Below, one piece after another: positions 1-14,546 of a DNA stretch of 64,000 bases; position 1 is the stretch's first letter; each line of letters opens with the position of its first letter. The translations under genes were made by a program, and so were the position numbers. Below the pieces are notes generated by a model. The model ran no database searches, was not told the origin of the DNA, and was given only the letters and a program-made list of their open reading frames with translations. Origin of the DNA: Vicugna vicugna (Eukaryota); contig MU058337.1 in NCBI GenBank assembly GCA_013265495.1, forward strand, positions 4,272,880 through 4,336,879, written 5' to 3'.

Positions 1-57
1 AGTTCCCATGGCGATCCCGGACTCCTTTAAGTGCTTGGTTTAACCAAATGCTAATAT
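1..57 (-). CDS. ERCC5: ERCC5/XPG exon 2 (5' part; runs off the window edge)
   Basis: Minus strand reads tag|AT ATT AGC ATT TGG TTA AAC CAA GCA CTT AAA GGA GTC CGG GAT CGC CAT GGG AAC, i.e. (D)[18 protein letters not shown], the XPG N-domain. Phase 1 matches exon 1. Confidence 0.97.
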
Positions 58-874
58 CTAGAAGAATAGTTAATGGAAAACATTTTGCAATTCTTCCCTC
101 ATCTTCACAATTTCAAATTCCTAATGCCTGATATCAACCAAACATTGAAACTGAGCCCTCATCACAACTCACTTGAAACCGAAAAATGTTGAGCCCTGAT
201 GGAATCTGCCTAAAATCAGGTAAGTTTATGTGAACCCATTACCACTATTTACATCCTGAATTTTAAAATCTTACAGAGATATATAGGTCATTTAAAAAGT
301 CTAACTGCAAAGAACTGCTTCTTTAAAAAAAAAAAAAAAACAGCAAACAAAAAACTACCAACCTGTATGGAATTTTAGTAAATTAACACAACTCTTTTGG
401 AGAACAATTTGGCAATTCATAGCAAAAAACTTAAAAACTTGCATTCTATTTTACGTAAGAATTCCACTTCTAGACATTTATCCTCAGGAAATCATCACAG
501 ACTTACAATAAGAGTTACTTATAAGAATGTTTGTTAATAATACTGAAAATATGAAGAATCATTTAAAAGTCTTCTAACAGATCTTTTTTAATGAAATTAT
601 ACTGATTTGCTGGAACCCAAGGATCCCTTAAAAATGGAAATTGCAGAAGCACCTAAGGAAGACGGTCACAAATTATTAAAGGAAGCAAAACAGGTTACAA
701 AAGTATGGAAAGTATAATTCTATTTTGTAACATATGCAGTATGTTAAATAGTAAAAAACAAAGCTCAGACATCGAAATATTAAGGGGAGTGATCTTCTGC
801 TGTGATTACAACAGATTTACATTTTCTTCTTGGCATTTTCTTATACTTTAAAGCTTTACTAAAGAACACTTATT

Positions 875-990
875 GGGGGAGAGTATAGCTCAAGTGATAG
901 AGTGCATGCTTAGCATGCATGAGGTCGTGGGTTCAATCCCTGGTACCTCCTCCAAAAATAAATAAATAAATCTAATTACCCCCAAAAAAA
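875..990 (+). mobile_element. tRNA-Ala(AGC)-derived SINE (camelid Vic-1-like)
   Basis: A box and B box (GGTTCAATCCC), anticodon arm TGCTTAGCATGCA, A-rich tail. TSD AAAGAACACTT at 861-871 and 998-1008. Confidence 0.9.
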
Positions 991-1849
991 TATTTTAAAA
1001 GAACACTTTTTAACAGGTTATTTTCTCTTTGCTCTTAAGAGAGGGGCACAGCAGTCTGCTGGTTTCTCTGCTCTCTGTCTCTCTGCCAGCTCCTCTGACC
1101 CACCGTTCAGGTGTTGACTTTGGCAGTGACCACTCTCAGGCCCTCTCCTTTCCTCCCATCTGCACTGGCTACCAGGCTACTGCAGCCCCACAATGTCTCT
1201 GTAGTGAAGACCCTTGGAAAGCTTCCCACTGCCTGTAGGATGATATCCAAAACGTCTTCCCACCACCTAAGAATCCCTGAATGATCTGCCCTCTGCTCCC
1301 TTCTCCTGTCTCATGTCAAGCCACTGGGCTTCCCTCAAACCCTGGAAACCACTAAGCTCATTCCTGCCTCCAGGGTCTTCCCACAGGCTCCTTCCCAGCC
1401 TGAATCAGTTCTTCCATCTCTCAGCCTAGTGACCTCCTACTCTTACGTCTCGGTCTACAGGTCACTCCCTCAGCCGAGATTAAGACCTCCAATTATACAC
1501 TCCTATTCAAAAACATCTTGCTTATTATGTGGCAGAAATATTTCTCTGCACGGGGGATACAGCACTGAATAAAACAAAGTGTCTCCCCTAATGGAGTTTA
1601 CAATCTAGTCAGGGGAAAATCCAGACTCTGAGCTCCATGACTTGTCTAAACCATACTGTTGTGCACTGCTCTCCCTCATCCAGAGCACAGAGGAGACAAC
1701 AAAGGTCTGCTATCAAATGAGCTGAACAGTTCCATATTTAAATGAATGCACATTACCTAACTTACCATAAAAAATTAGGCCCATCAACAATTAATGTAAT
1801 AAACATTACATAACAAAATAACTAGTGGAAAGCAAGCTATTCTTATATT

Positions 1850-2440
1850 CATTCCTACATTTGAGTACTACTTCATGTCAGGGATTTCCAAGATCCTAGG
1901 GATAACAATGAACAATACAGCCATGAACAAAACAGATACGGTCCTTATCCCTAAGAAACTTGCATTCTAGTGGGGAAGACAATGAAAATCAAGTAATAGA
2001 TGTATTTGTTAGGTTGTTGGTAAGTGCCAAGAAAAAAATAGAGCAGAGTAAAAGAACCAAAGTGTGACTGGAGGGTCAATGGCTTTTTAGTTAGGGAAGG
2101 CTATGTGAAGAGGTAACAAGACTAAATGAGTGAATAAGAGGAGCGAGGAAGTAAACAGTGAGGTGGGAGGGAGAGCAGATGCAAATGCCCTGGGACAGAA
2201 GCGGACTTCCATTCAAGGACACTGTGGCAGGTGCATGTCAAGAAGAGCAATAGGAGGAAGTGACGTGTGTGTGTAGTCACTGAAGGTTTCTTGAATGTGA
2301 CTGAAGGATCACCCGAGTGGATATATGAGGAATAAACTAGAAGGAAACCAGTTTTAAAACTAGTTGCAATAACCCCAGTGAAAGCAGAATGCAGTAGTGA
2401 GGTTGATGAGATGTGGTCAGATAAAGGTCCCATCTTGGAA
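1850..2440. mobile_element. L2 fragment
   Basis: CATTC...TTGAGTACTAC...ATACAGCCATGAACAAAACAGA...TTCTAGTGGGGAAGAC, an L2 3' end pattern. Confidence 0.6.
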
Positions 2441-4729
2441 GCAGGATTTGGTGTTGGCTTAGCTCTGTATTGTACTGGGTACACAATTCTAATCGGCTTG
2501 TTTCTGGTTGCTACACTGTTGTATTGCACGGAGTAAGTTTCTAGTTGGCCTCTTGCTTTAAATTTTATAATTAATGAGAAAATCTAACTTCAGATCAAGA
2601 ACTGGATATGAAGTTTCTAAAACACAGATTGCTAAACATAGGTATGCCTGAAAATTTACATCATAGAGACAGAGATGGGTCTTTTTTAAATTAATCACAC
2701 ATAGTGCCAATTGTCAGCCAGCACTGAGATTTCCAGCTTGAAATTCTTAAAGGAGAAATACATAGAATTAGGCAAGCTGAAAATATTTGCATAATTTGAT
2801 TTGTCTAATTTCAGTAAGTTTATTAAAGGACAACAATAAATTCATCCCAGGGCTGGAAAAGTTAAATCTGAAGTAAAGTCAAAAACCATTTTACAGATAA
2901 GATCCAGAGGGCAAATGACATTTTGAAAAAAACCTAAATTACTTTAGTGCTGTTAGGCAACGTAAAATTTAACTAACCCCTATTAGTAGGCACAGACTAA
3001 AGAAAGTGTAACATTTTGCAAATAAACTTAAATGCATTTTACAAATATTAAGGCCCATAAGAGACAAAAGTTTAACTATTAATTCTTTATTATTTGACAC
3101 AAACATTTAGACTGTATAAACAAACAAGACATTCAGCTAGAAACGGCAAGATGACCAAATAATTTATTTTAGGGATCCAAGAGTAAAGTATGAAACTAGT
3201 TGTCATGGATAATTTCTTCATTAATAAAACCAAAAAATCTGAATATATTTCAGATATTTGAACTGAAATTCCCATGAAAACAAAACAAAGCAAAATCAAT
3301 TATAGAATAGCAACCAAATATACTCCTTTTACATAAATATATACACATATACCTACACACATATATAAGAGGTAACCATCATAACTGGAGTATCTTTAAC
3401 AGTCTTCTTTAAATGATCCATTCTTTCAGAAAAACCTAATAACCCCATGAAGATGACTTTATGTCCCAAAAGAACTTCTGAGTCATCTGAAAATAGACAA
3501 TCTAAATTAAATGCTTTATCTTTCTTTATTTTGGACAACTTCCTAAAAAATTCGAATGCTTAAGTTCACTTGTCATCTCAATTATCTTACAAATTATTAA
3601 TTCTTCACATGGGCTGCAACATAAAATGATCTAAGTTTTTGCTAAAGTTTTAAGGTTTCCTGACGCTGAAGACTGTGTTTCCATTCACGTACAGTTCTAC
3701 GAAGAAAATCTTCAGAAAGCAGTGATTTGAGGAACCCCCAGAGGGCAGCAATAACACATGTGCTTTGAGAAAAAAAAAAAAAAAAAACCAACCTTTCTCA
3801 CAAGGCACCTGGCATAAAACTTTTAAGCCAAAATTCATTGCGAATGTATTTCAATTCCTCATGTTCCAAAAACTATAATCATCATTATTATCCTCTTCAT
3901 CATATTACTTTATTTAAAAAATTATCAATATTCTGTTGTGTATAAGTTGTCTCCTTACTAAAATCAATAGCTCCTTTTGCTGAATCCACACATACTCTGA
4001 CAACGCATTTACGAGCTGAGAGCAATTATTTACTGGACACTTCTCCCAGAGCATGGGCTCCTAGGCTTATACGTTCCCACTTAAGAAACTGGTGTAAGGT
4101 ACTACCAGCTTCTGGAATAGAACAGACCAAGGGAGGGAGGAAGGAAGGCCAGAAGGGAGGAAGGAAGGGGAAAACAGGAAAAAAGTAAGTGAAAGAAAAT
4201 GAAGAATGCTTAACGAACAAAAAGATCAAAATTTCAGAAACAGCTTTCACGTGTTTTGGTAATGAAGAAAACATTTAATTCTAAAGACACAAATAAAACC
4301 AGCCAAACAGGCACACAAACAAGTCCTTAAAATATCCACCATAGAGGCTGGAAGGAAAATAAGTCACTGTGTACCTTCTGAAATCTTTTCAGTGTCGTAC
4401 CATATGAATTTCCTACTCCAAAACTCACAAGAAATAATGAGTTACTTTTTTTTTCCTTTTTTAAGAAAAGGTCAAACACTTGTGCACAGTTTTCTTCCTC
4501 TAACAAACAAATGGAGCAAGACTCAAATCAGCAGGGAAAACTCCTGGCAGGAAGTCTACTTCGTTTTCCCCACGCTCACCTTCCAGCCGGGATAATACTT
4601 TTAGGATTTACGGTATTAACAGTGCCAGGGACTATTCTAAACTTTTTATTTAAACAGTCCCTTTATTCCTCATACTAAGCCTGTGGGTAGACTATTACTA
4701 CCTCCACTTTCCACATGAGAGGACTAACG

Positions 4730-5700
<971 letters not shown>

Positions 5701-6671
5701 TCAGTTTCTTCCCACAGAACTGCCAGTTGTAAAAACTGTTAATACTAAGTATTGTTTTTACACGTGAGGCGACAGTAGAAAGGTGGACGCTTTCGTGGTT
5801 ATTTCTTAACGCACAAGTTTTCATTTGTCCGATAACTTGTAGTAACTAAGTAACACGATTTAAAATCTTAACCCTTTAAATATAGTTTAGTTTTCTCTGG
5901 CATCTAAAATTTAGGATTCCACGGCTTATAAGTCAGAAATGCCAAGAAGCTGATTGCCAGAGTAGCTCGGACCCTCAGGCTAGGATTCAAATCCAGACCG
6001 CCCCACAGTATGGTGTTTAGCGTAGTTCGAAACACATTTGTTCAGAGGTTCTGTTCCTTCATCTGTAAACTGGGCAGGCATAAAACCAAACTTGCACATT
6101 GTTTTAAGCAAAAGTTAGAGGTACTTTATGCAAAGTACTTACCACTAGTAGAAAACGATAGCCATATCATACATACTGGTGCAGGCTGGAACTATTTAAA
6201 CTATATTCAAGATCAGTGAAAAGGTTTTTAAAAATCAGTTTTTAGCCAAAACTATTTTCATGCCCAAACAGATGGTTCCCAGGGACCAAGTTTACTTGAC
6301 CTAGTCACAACTAATTTTCTGCCAGGGTTAATCCTGACAAAGTACTTATTTGCACTACGTCCATGTGTAAAGTAATCCCCAGAACTGTTTCTAAATATAT
6401 CTTGTGGGAATTATTTTAATTGCCTATTTATTTTTTGTCTCCCCCCAACACAGTATACTGTAAACTTATTGAAACCAGGAACTATTTTGTTGAGTGTGTG
6501 TATACCTCACCCCTGATATTTAGCAGGAATTCTATATATGTATTTCCTAAATAACCAGTTTCAGCATCGGGTCTAAAATTCTGCAGTGCATCTTGCACCT
6601 GCTGAAAGAGAACTTCTTCACAGGTCAGGCAGTTGTTAGTTTAGATCCTACCTGAGCCATGTAATAACCCG

Positions 6672-6932
6672 GTGTTATGGGCTGAATTGTCCTTACAAGA
6701 AGAGGAAATTTGGATAACCAGACACTAAGGAGGTGTGCATAGGGAAAAAGTCATGTGAAGACACAGGAAGAAGGCAGCCTTCCATAAGCCAAGGAGAAAG
6801 GTACAGGAGAAACCAAATCTGTCCACACCTTGATCTTGGGCTTCTAGCCTCTGGAACCACAAGAAAATAAACGTCTGTTGTTTAAACCATCCAGTCTTGT
6901 ATTTTATTATGGCAGCTCTAGCAAACCGAGAC
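6672..6932 (+). mobile_element. MLT1 (MaLR) LTR fragment
   Basis: TGTTATGGGCTGAATTGT...AAGCCAAGGAGA...TTGTTTAAACCATCCAGTC...GGCAGCTCTAGCAAAC. Confidence 0.8.
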
Positions 6933-7128
6933 ACTCTATGATCGAAGCAGGTTTCTTCACCAGTGAGTCTGAATAAAATGGAGATACCACTTCTTTTTGT
7001 GGTGGTTCTGAGATCAGTGATTTAATGTGAAACACCTAGTGGGTAATGGTGCTCTAATTAGTTTGTGGAGTGAATGACTGAGGAGGAGAATGCTATGGGT
7101 AAAAGTGAAATACAGGATGTGATGGATT

Positions 7129-7170
7129 GTACAGCACCTTGCCTGAGCCGTACAGCACCTTGCCTGAGCC
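7129..7170. repeat. Perfect 21-bp tandem duplication
   Basis: GTACAGCACCTTGCCTGAGCC twice. Confidence 0.95.
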
Positions 7171-8308
7171 CCTCTGGTGTCCGGGAGAAGACAAGTCAGG
7201 AATTACTACACTTGCTGCACCAGCTTGGCCAAATGATGGGGCATACTAGCAGGAAAACTGACAGTTTCAGGATTTGACCTAAATGAACATTTTTTACTAC
7301 CTGAGAGCTGGGTAAAAACCAATACCCAGTATGAGCATTTGAGTACTATAAGTGCTTTTAAAACCAGAGTAACATTTCTTGAATACAAAATTCTTTTGAA
7401 GGGACAGCAACTAAGTGTATATTTGATTTACAAGGAATTGTTTCCTTTAGTTGCTGTTTCAAGGGCTAACAAGATTCTGACAGTAAAATACACATCTTTG
7501 AGGGTAATAATAATAGCAACCACTTAAATAGCAATTTCAGTCTACCAAGTACTGTTCTCAACACATTATAAGCATTAACTTATTCTTGAAAACAATTTAT
7601 AAAATCAATACTATTATCCCTATTTTACCAATGAGGAAATATACACAGGAAAAATAATCTTAACTTGCCCAAGGTGATACAGCTAATTAGAGGAGAGCCA
7701 GTAGTATGAACTTTTGTTGCTTCTGTGGGAACTCCAAAGCAAAACTGACCAGGAAATTAAATATACAGGAATGTTACTAATCTTGAAAGAGAAATGTACA
7801 CTAACTTGCTTACAGATTCTGAAAGAGCAGTCTCTGTAAACCTTTTAATAACTGCTAAACTTGTAAGGCAAGTTATTAAGTGATCATATATATTAAGACT
7901 TTCATACAAGTTGAGTATGGCCAATAAGTAGTGTATATAAACACATCCTCTTTTCCTAGATGTCATGGTATTCTTTGCTTTATGTTGCATTCATCTCATT
8001 TCTTCTTGGCTCTTCCTACCAGCCTCTTCCCTGAAGTATTTGGCTGAACTATATGAAATTGCTGATCCTCAACCATGTTTGACCTACAGAAATGACAATT
8101 TCATTTGGTTCAAGCTAATGTAACAATTAAGTTTTCTATTTCCTGTTATAAAGTCTTACAGAAATCTAAAATTATAGACATCATGCATATTGTCTCAGTG
8201 AATATAAAAGTCAGATACAAAATGCTACTTCAAACAGAATTATAAGGATACTCCCTTCCTAAAACAAAGGTTCAAAACATTCACATGATTAAAAGTAGAA
8301 AACAAAAC

Positions 8309-8314
8309 TTTATT
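8309..8314 (-). terminator. BIVM: Candidate BIVM polyadenylation signal
   Basis: AATAAA on the minus strand about 1.4 kb after the stop codon, followed by a T-rich stretch. A second AATAAA lies at 8988-8993. Confidence 0.55.
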
Positions 8315-9722
8315 GATGAAAACTTCTTAAAAGTTCCAGTATGAAGTAACAAAAATCAACAACCTACAAATCTCCTTTCAGTCCTTTGCAGTTCAAGCAA
8401 AATATTCTCTTCAGAAAAAAACGACCATTTCATAATATATATCCCCTTCTGTAGGCTAGGCATGTCTGAGTGGATAAATGGATACAAAATTCAAAAGAGA
8501 AGAAAATGAAAATATTTAAAAAATAAAAATCTGAACCCTCTCCTTGAGGTGTATTGCAATATGGTTACCAACATATTCAGCACCTTGTAATAATCAAGTT
8601 ACTGATTTGAGTCCTGGAACAGCCCCTGAAATGGAAGAACAAGAGATCCCAGTTGTTGGTGAGTCACAGGTTGGCAGCAGAAGAAAAATTGATAGCAACT
8701 AGAGAGAAGCTCAAATACGTGAAATCCACACTATCTGAACTATTTAACACTCACTTCCAACAGCTAATGGTCTATATGGTTTAAAAAGGAAAGAGCTCAG
8801 ACTCTGGAATATGGCTAGTTGCCCTCTTGAGTGATATGGCCTTCCTAACGCAACCTGAATGCTGTTATCAACATCTGACTCCAAACTGAGGGACCAGTCA
8901 AATATCAGAAGATCTCATTTCAGAGGTTACCTTGGGTATAAAAATTTCAGATGCCACTTATTCTTTTACTCTATCCCTAAAACAAGGTTTATTGTAGACT
9001 TACAGAAGTCTTCCAAGACCTAAAGTTCTTGTCAGTATTTGACAGTAACATACCAAGTCACGAAACTCAAGAATACCTGAATCGATGCACTAAGTCACCC
9101 ACCAATAGAAAAGATCGGTGTCTTGACTCTTTTCTCTTTTGCTTCCTTGTTGAGAATCCTGAGAACGTCCATCAGGAAACAAAGGAGGCAGGCAAGATAC
9201 TGCTACAAGTAAAGGAATTTCTAGACTCACTGGATCATTTTAAATGAGCTTTGACCACGAGAGAAAAGTAGAAATCAACAGCCCCACTTTTTTTTAAAAG
9301 GCAGATAGTTAGTACCTTACATCTTGAGCTTAGGAATAAAACCCCCTGCAACAAACATCTAGGGATCAAGTCATAAGAAATCACTTCATGCTTAAGTATT
9401 CCCAATCGTGATGCTATTGAGTGAAATTAAGTTTGATTTGTTTATATGTAATTTTAATGGACTTTGTGAAATTGTCCAGAATGTTTATATACTCAACTTT
9501 AAAAGGACAACAACAACAAAAAAATCTGTGCTTATCTGCTTACATATCGGAAATCACCCATCATAATCATATACACGCTTATTTACTGGAGAACTACAAG
9601 GTTATGTTTTATACCACAAGATCTGTTCCTATTTCATATAGACTTAAAATCTGGTACTGCCTTCATGCAGTCCTGTGTAGACCAGCTGAGTGTGAAACAC
9701 AAGTTGTTGGTACCCAGCATGG

Positions 9723-10016
9723 TCAGTCATTTCCATCGTAATCACTGTAACCGTGGTAGCCACTGTTCCTTCTCTCATGGATACTGGACATCTTTTTCCA
9801 CGTTGAGTCTTGATGGAAGTTAGCACTGAAAGACCGGCCCATACGCCCCTGGTGCTTCTTGGAGATATTGTCCTCACTCTCAGATTTGGCAATTCCCTGG
9901 GCATGTGCTGGAGGTTGCGATTCTTGTCTAATGGTTCCAAATGGAAAGTTCCAAAGGCCAAATCTTTGCCAATTAAGTCTCTGGAATGCTATGATGCAAT
10001 GCAAATTTCCCCCAAC
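9723..10016 (-). CDS. BIVM: BIVM last coding exon
   Basis: cag|GTT GGG GGA AAT gives [20 protein letters not shown]...YSDYDGND*, with TGA at 9725-9723. 294 nt; the CDS totals 1512 nt (503 aa). Confidence 0.96.
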   Translation of the reverse strand, partial: VGGNLHCIIAFQRLNWQRFGLWNFPFGTIRQESQPPAHAQGIAKSESEDNISKKHQGRMGRSFSANFHQDSTWKKMSSIHERRNSGYHGYSDYDGND

Positions 10017-10799
10017 CTGAGAAGAAAAAAAAATGTTGGGTTAAGAAAAATGATAGGAAATTAATTATACTAATATGTGGGTTCCTACAAATTCCCTTGT
10101 TTTTCCCTCTTCGCCTGCCTCTAAACAGTACTTATCCTTTCAGACATCATCAGATCACATTATCCAGCATCTTTGCTGACCAGCTGCCTCTGCAAAAGTA
10201 TAACAATGCTCACAGGAGCCAAACACCCTTCCCCCCACCTGCCTCTCTGTCACTCACACACACTACACCCTCCCAAGCTTCCCAATCCAAACACCAAGAC
10301 CATTCCTCCTCCTCTCCCTCCTAGACATTCTCCATGTGTGAGAGAGGTGATATCAACGCGACGTGTGATCCGTCCACAGAACCTACCTTTCCCTGAGAAC
10401 TGCCCCCAGCAGCCTTGCTTGTACACCTGGCTTTGCCCCATGGCCACAGTTAATTTTCCTTGGGAGTGAACACCCCTGCCAATCTGGGCCAAGACTACAG
10501 AACTGGGCTGGAGGCAGGCCAGTCTCAGACTAGACTGCTCCCCTGGAAGGGAGACCTAAGTTGAAAGACAATGATCTTCAGGAAGAGAACAGCCAGACAA
10601 AGAGAGAGACAAGAACAACACAGCTCCCAAGAATGGGACAGACTGGCTCCTCGGCCCCTGCTGACAATCTCCTACCTGGTACCAGTCCCTTATGATCCAG
10701 GCCAGACTCCGTGAACCTTCCTTTAAAGAGACCCCTGTGTCCTTAACATAATTTTCACTTTTCTGTCTACAGTTGTCTGAACTGGGTTTCTGTTATTTA

Positions 10800-11003
<204 letters not shown>

Positions 11004-11027
11004 TTAAGTTCAAAATACCACTGTAAT

Positions 11028-11509
11028 TTGCAGCAACATGGATGCTCCTGGAAAATGTCATTCTAAGTGAAGTAAGCCAGAAAGAGAAAGAAAAATACCA
11101 TATGAGATCGCTCATATGTGGAATCTAAAAAACAAAAACAAAAACAAACAAACAAACAAACAAAAACAAAGTGTAAATACAGGACAGAAATAGACTCATA
11201 GACAGAGAATACAGACTTGTGGTCGCCAGGGGGGTGGAGGGTGGGAAGGGATAGACTGGGATTTCAAAATTGTAGAATAGATAAACAAGATTACACTGTA
11301 TAGCACAGGGAAATATACACAAAATGTTACGATAAATCACAGAGAAAAAAATGTGGCAATGAGTGTGTATATGTAGTGTGTATATGGAATGACTGAAAAA
11401 TTGTGCTGAACACTGGAATTTGACACAACATTGTAAAATGATTATAAATCAATAAAAAATGTTTAAAAAAATTAATGCTAACAGACACTGCTAGAAACAA
11501 ACAAAAAAC
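11028..11509 (+). mobile_element. 5'-truncated lineage-specific L1 (3' end)
   Basis: TTTGCAGCAACATGGATG...CTAAGTGAAGTAAGCCAG is typical of the L1 ORF2 end and 3'UTR; poly-A tail. TSD ACCACTGTAAT at 11017-11027 and 11510-11520. Confidence 0.9.
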
Positions 11510-12400
11510 ACCACTGTAATGGAACTTTTCATGTGAGCAGTTTGCTACAGTACTACCATGCAATAATTCTTGTATCACAGGATTATTCCATGTACTAAGC
11601 TTTAATAAATTGTTTTTAAGACAATTCTGTTTATCCAACTATTGCCAACATTAAAAATGGTTACTCTCCATGTGAAATAATATATATCAACCTGTTAGAT
11701 GACATCCTGCAGGCTAATGTAGAAACATTCCATATTCCGTTTTTGATTGGAGCCAAGTACATTTTCAAAAGATTTATAAATCAATATGCCTTTACTCAAA
11801 ACAACATGAATAATTGTGTAGAAAATCCAATGCAGTTACAAATTGCTTTGTACTGCAAAGCTGTTCCTAGAACTAATAAGTGAATCTGGTAAAGGTGCAA
11901 GATTTAAGGCCTATATAGAAAAATCCATTGTATTTTTGTATACTCCCAGAAAATAATTGGGAAATGAAGTGTTTTAAAAACCAATTTACAGGGACAATAT
12001 GCAATATCTTGTAATAACCCATAATGGAAAATAATCTGAAAAATATATATATATAATGAATCACTTTGCTATACATCTGAAATAACACAATAGTGTACAT
12101 CAACTACACTTCAGGGTTAAAAAGTCAATTTACAATAGCATAAAGAAACACACTCAGGGAAAATTTTTAACAAAATACATATAAAACTGCTAAAAAACAC
12201 AAAACATTGCTGAGAGAAATTAAAGCTCTAGTCAAGTGGAGATACAGTCTACGTTCACAGATGGGAAGATTCCATATTGTTAAGATGTAATTCTCCCAAA
12301 ACTAAGCAATGGATTCTATGGATTCTATTCTAATCAAAATCCCCACAGGCTTTTTAGCAAAAATTGGAAAAAAAAAAAAAAGGTGGGGGAATTAACATAC

Positions 12401-12487
12401 CTTTTACAGTGAATGGCAGGATGTTTTCTACTTGATTCTCCAATTAAGATCCAGTATTCTACTTCTTGTGGTGAGAGGGGACCCCTG
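12401..12487 (-). CDS. BIVM: BIVM coding exon 7
   Basis: tag|C AGG GGT ... TGT AAA AG|gtatgt; [28 protein letters not shown]; 87 nt. Confidence 0.95.
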
Positions 12488-12838
12488 CTAAAAATAAAAT
12501 ACATTCACAGTAAGCTTCATAAAGTCATTCACTCCCTTGACAATACTGTTTCAGTTATATATTCATAAAAGATAGACTGAGGTTTATGCAAAGACAGCAT
12601 TCATTTACACTAGAGTAGATACTGGAGTTCACACTTGAGCGAATATGTGACAGTCATTAAAGAGAAAGCATAAATATAATTTAAGTCTTGACCCCCATTA
12701 TGAAATATAGAACAAAAAAGTTGAAATATACCACATCTCAGCGTCTTGGGGGGAAAAAACACCCTAGTATGCTACCACAAGAAGTCCTTAACTGTACTTC
12801 TTTCACTATACTTTCAAAAAGTTCCAAAAGGCCTCCTA

Positions 12839-12969
12839 GGTGGGAGGGCATAGCTCAGTGGTACAGCATGTGCTTAGCAGGCACAAGGTCCTGGGTTCAA
12901 TCCTCAGTACCTCCATTAAAAAAATAAATAAATCTAATTACCTCCCCCCACAAAAAAAAAGAAAAAAAA
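12839..12969 (+). mobile_element. tRNA-Ala-derived SINE
   Basis: TAGCTCAGTGG...GGTTCAATCC, A-tail, CTAATTACCTCCCCCC module. TSD AAAAGGC(C/A)TCCTA. Confidence 0.9.
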
Positions 12970-14357
12970 TTGTAAAAGGCATCCTAAAAACAGAACCCTA
13001 AAGCAGCAGTATACCTGTGGAACTTTTAAACATACTGATGCCCTAAACCCACCCCCTGGAAATTCTAATTCTAGTAGGTCTGGAATAGAGCACAACGGGG
13101 GTGGGCGGAGGGGGATTTACGCAGCTGTAAAAGCATCTCAGGTGGTCTTTAGGTGCAGGCAGAAGTGTGGAGCCCTCCTCTAAAGGGTACAAAGGAGGAG
13201 CACCTACTTTTTCATGTTTTACATTTGATAGATGTCTGGAGTAAGGTGAAACTGCAGGATGAAACTATAGAAAAAGCCACAATAAGCCTCCCTGCCAGAG
13301 AGATGAACAGAAGACTTCGGAATCTGGAGAGACTGCATAGTTTTCCTCTTGCTCCTCATTCACAAAAATACAATGTCCAGCTTCCCGGTTCTCCCGGATC
13401 GCTGCCCCCACCCAGAGGCCACCTTGGCCTCCAGCCTCAAAGAACCCATCTAACCCCAGACGACCAAGTCATGTTCTCCTCGCCTGACCTTCAGCCCTCA
13501 CTGAGAAAGCAGCGCTGCTTCCTCCTCCTCAATTACCAGCGCCACCCGCCCAGGCTGAACAAGCCAGACCCAGCTGGGTGAGGATAACCGTGCCTCCCAA
13601 CCCTTCCATGCAAAGTGCCCATCGCTTCTGTTTCCAACATTCCCACATAGGACACTTCTCTGCTTTTAACTGTCCTGGCATTATCTCAACCCAAGGAAGA
13701 AAACTTGCTAAGGAGGGAAAAAAGTATTAAAATTCAGTCTCCTTCACTTATTTATTGGCCTGTCTCTTTTAAAAAGATGCAAGTTTACTTGCATGTAAAC
13801 ATAGTTAATAAAATAGAAACTCAAGATCAAGCAAAGAAAGAAACATACAAAGCCATAAGGGTAATATCGTTTCTGACATTAGAAATAAAAATTGGCTCTG
13901 GGCTTCCTTGTAGCCAGGACAGAAGGGGGATCCTGATAAATTCCATGTTATTCGCCACGAGACAGGAAATCCTTTTTAACGTACTCAGTTGCAACAATAT
14001 TCTCGACACTAAGATTCCATAATACATTTTCCCTAGGGGATGGTGGATGAGGACACTGAGATGTGATGTGTCAAGTCCTTTGCAACCATTTTATAATAAA
14101 CATAAAGTGATCTTTCAAGTGACATTCTCTTGGCATGACCCTGAACAACAGTATCTACGTGGAGAATGTAAAAGCACAACTAACCAAACACAATTCTGCA
14201 AAAGACGAAGCATAAATGTTTAAAAGAAGAGTCTTAATTTGACGTAAGGAAAGCAAATCACCAAGTCTTCCAATTCCTACAAAGCAAAATATTTCTTGAA
14301 CGTTTTCTACAATGTGTTTTCCTGGCGAAGCACCCACATAAAACACAGAAATGCTTA

Positions 14358-14546
<189 letters not shown>

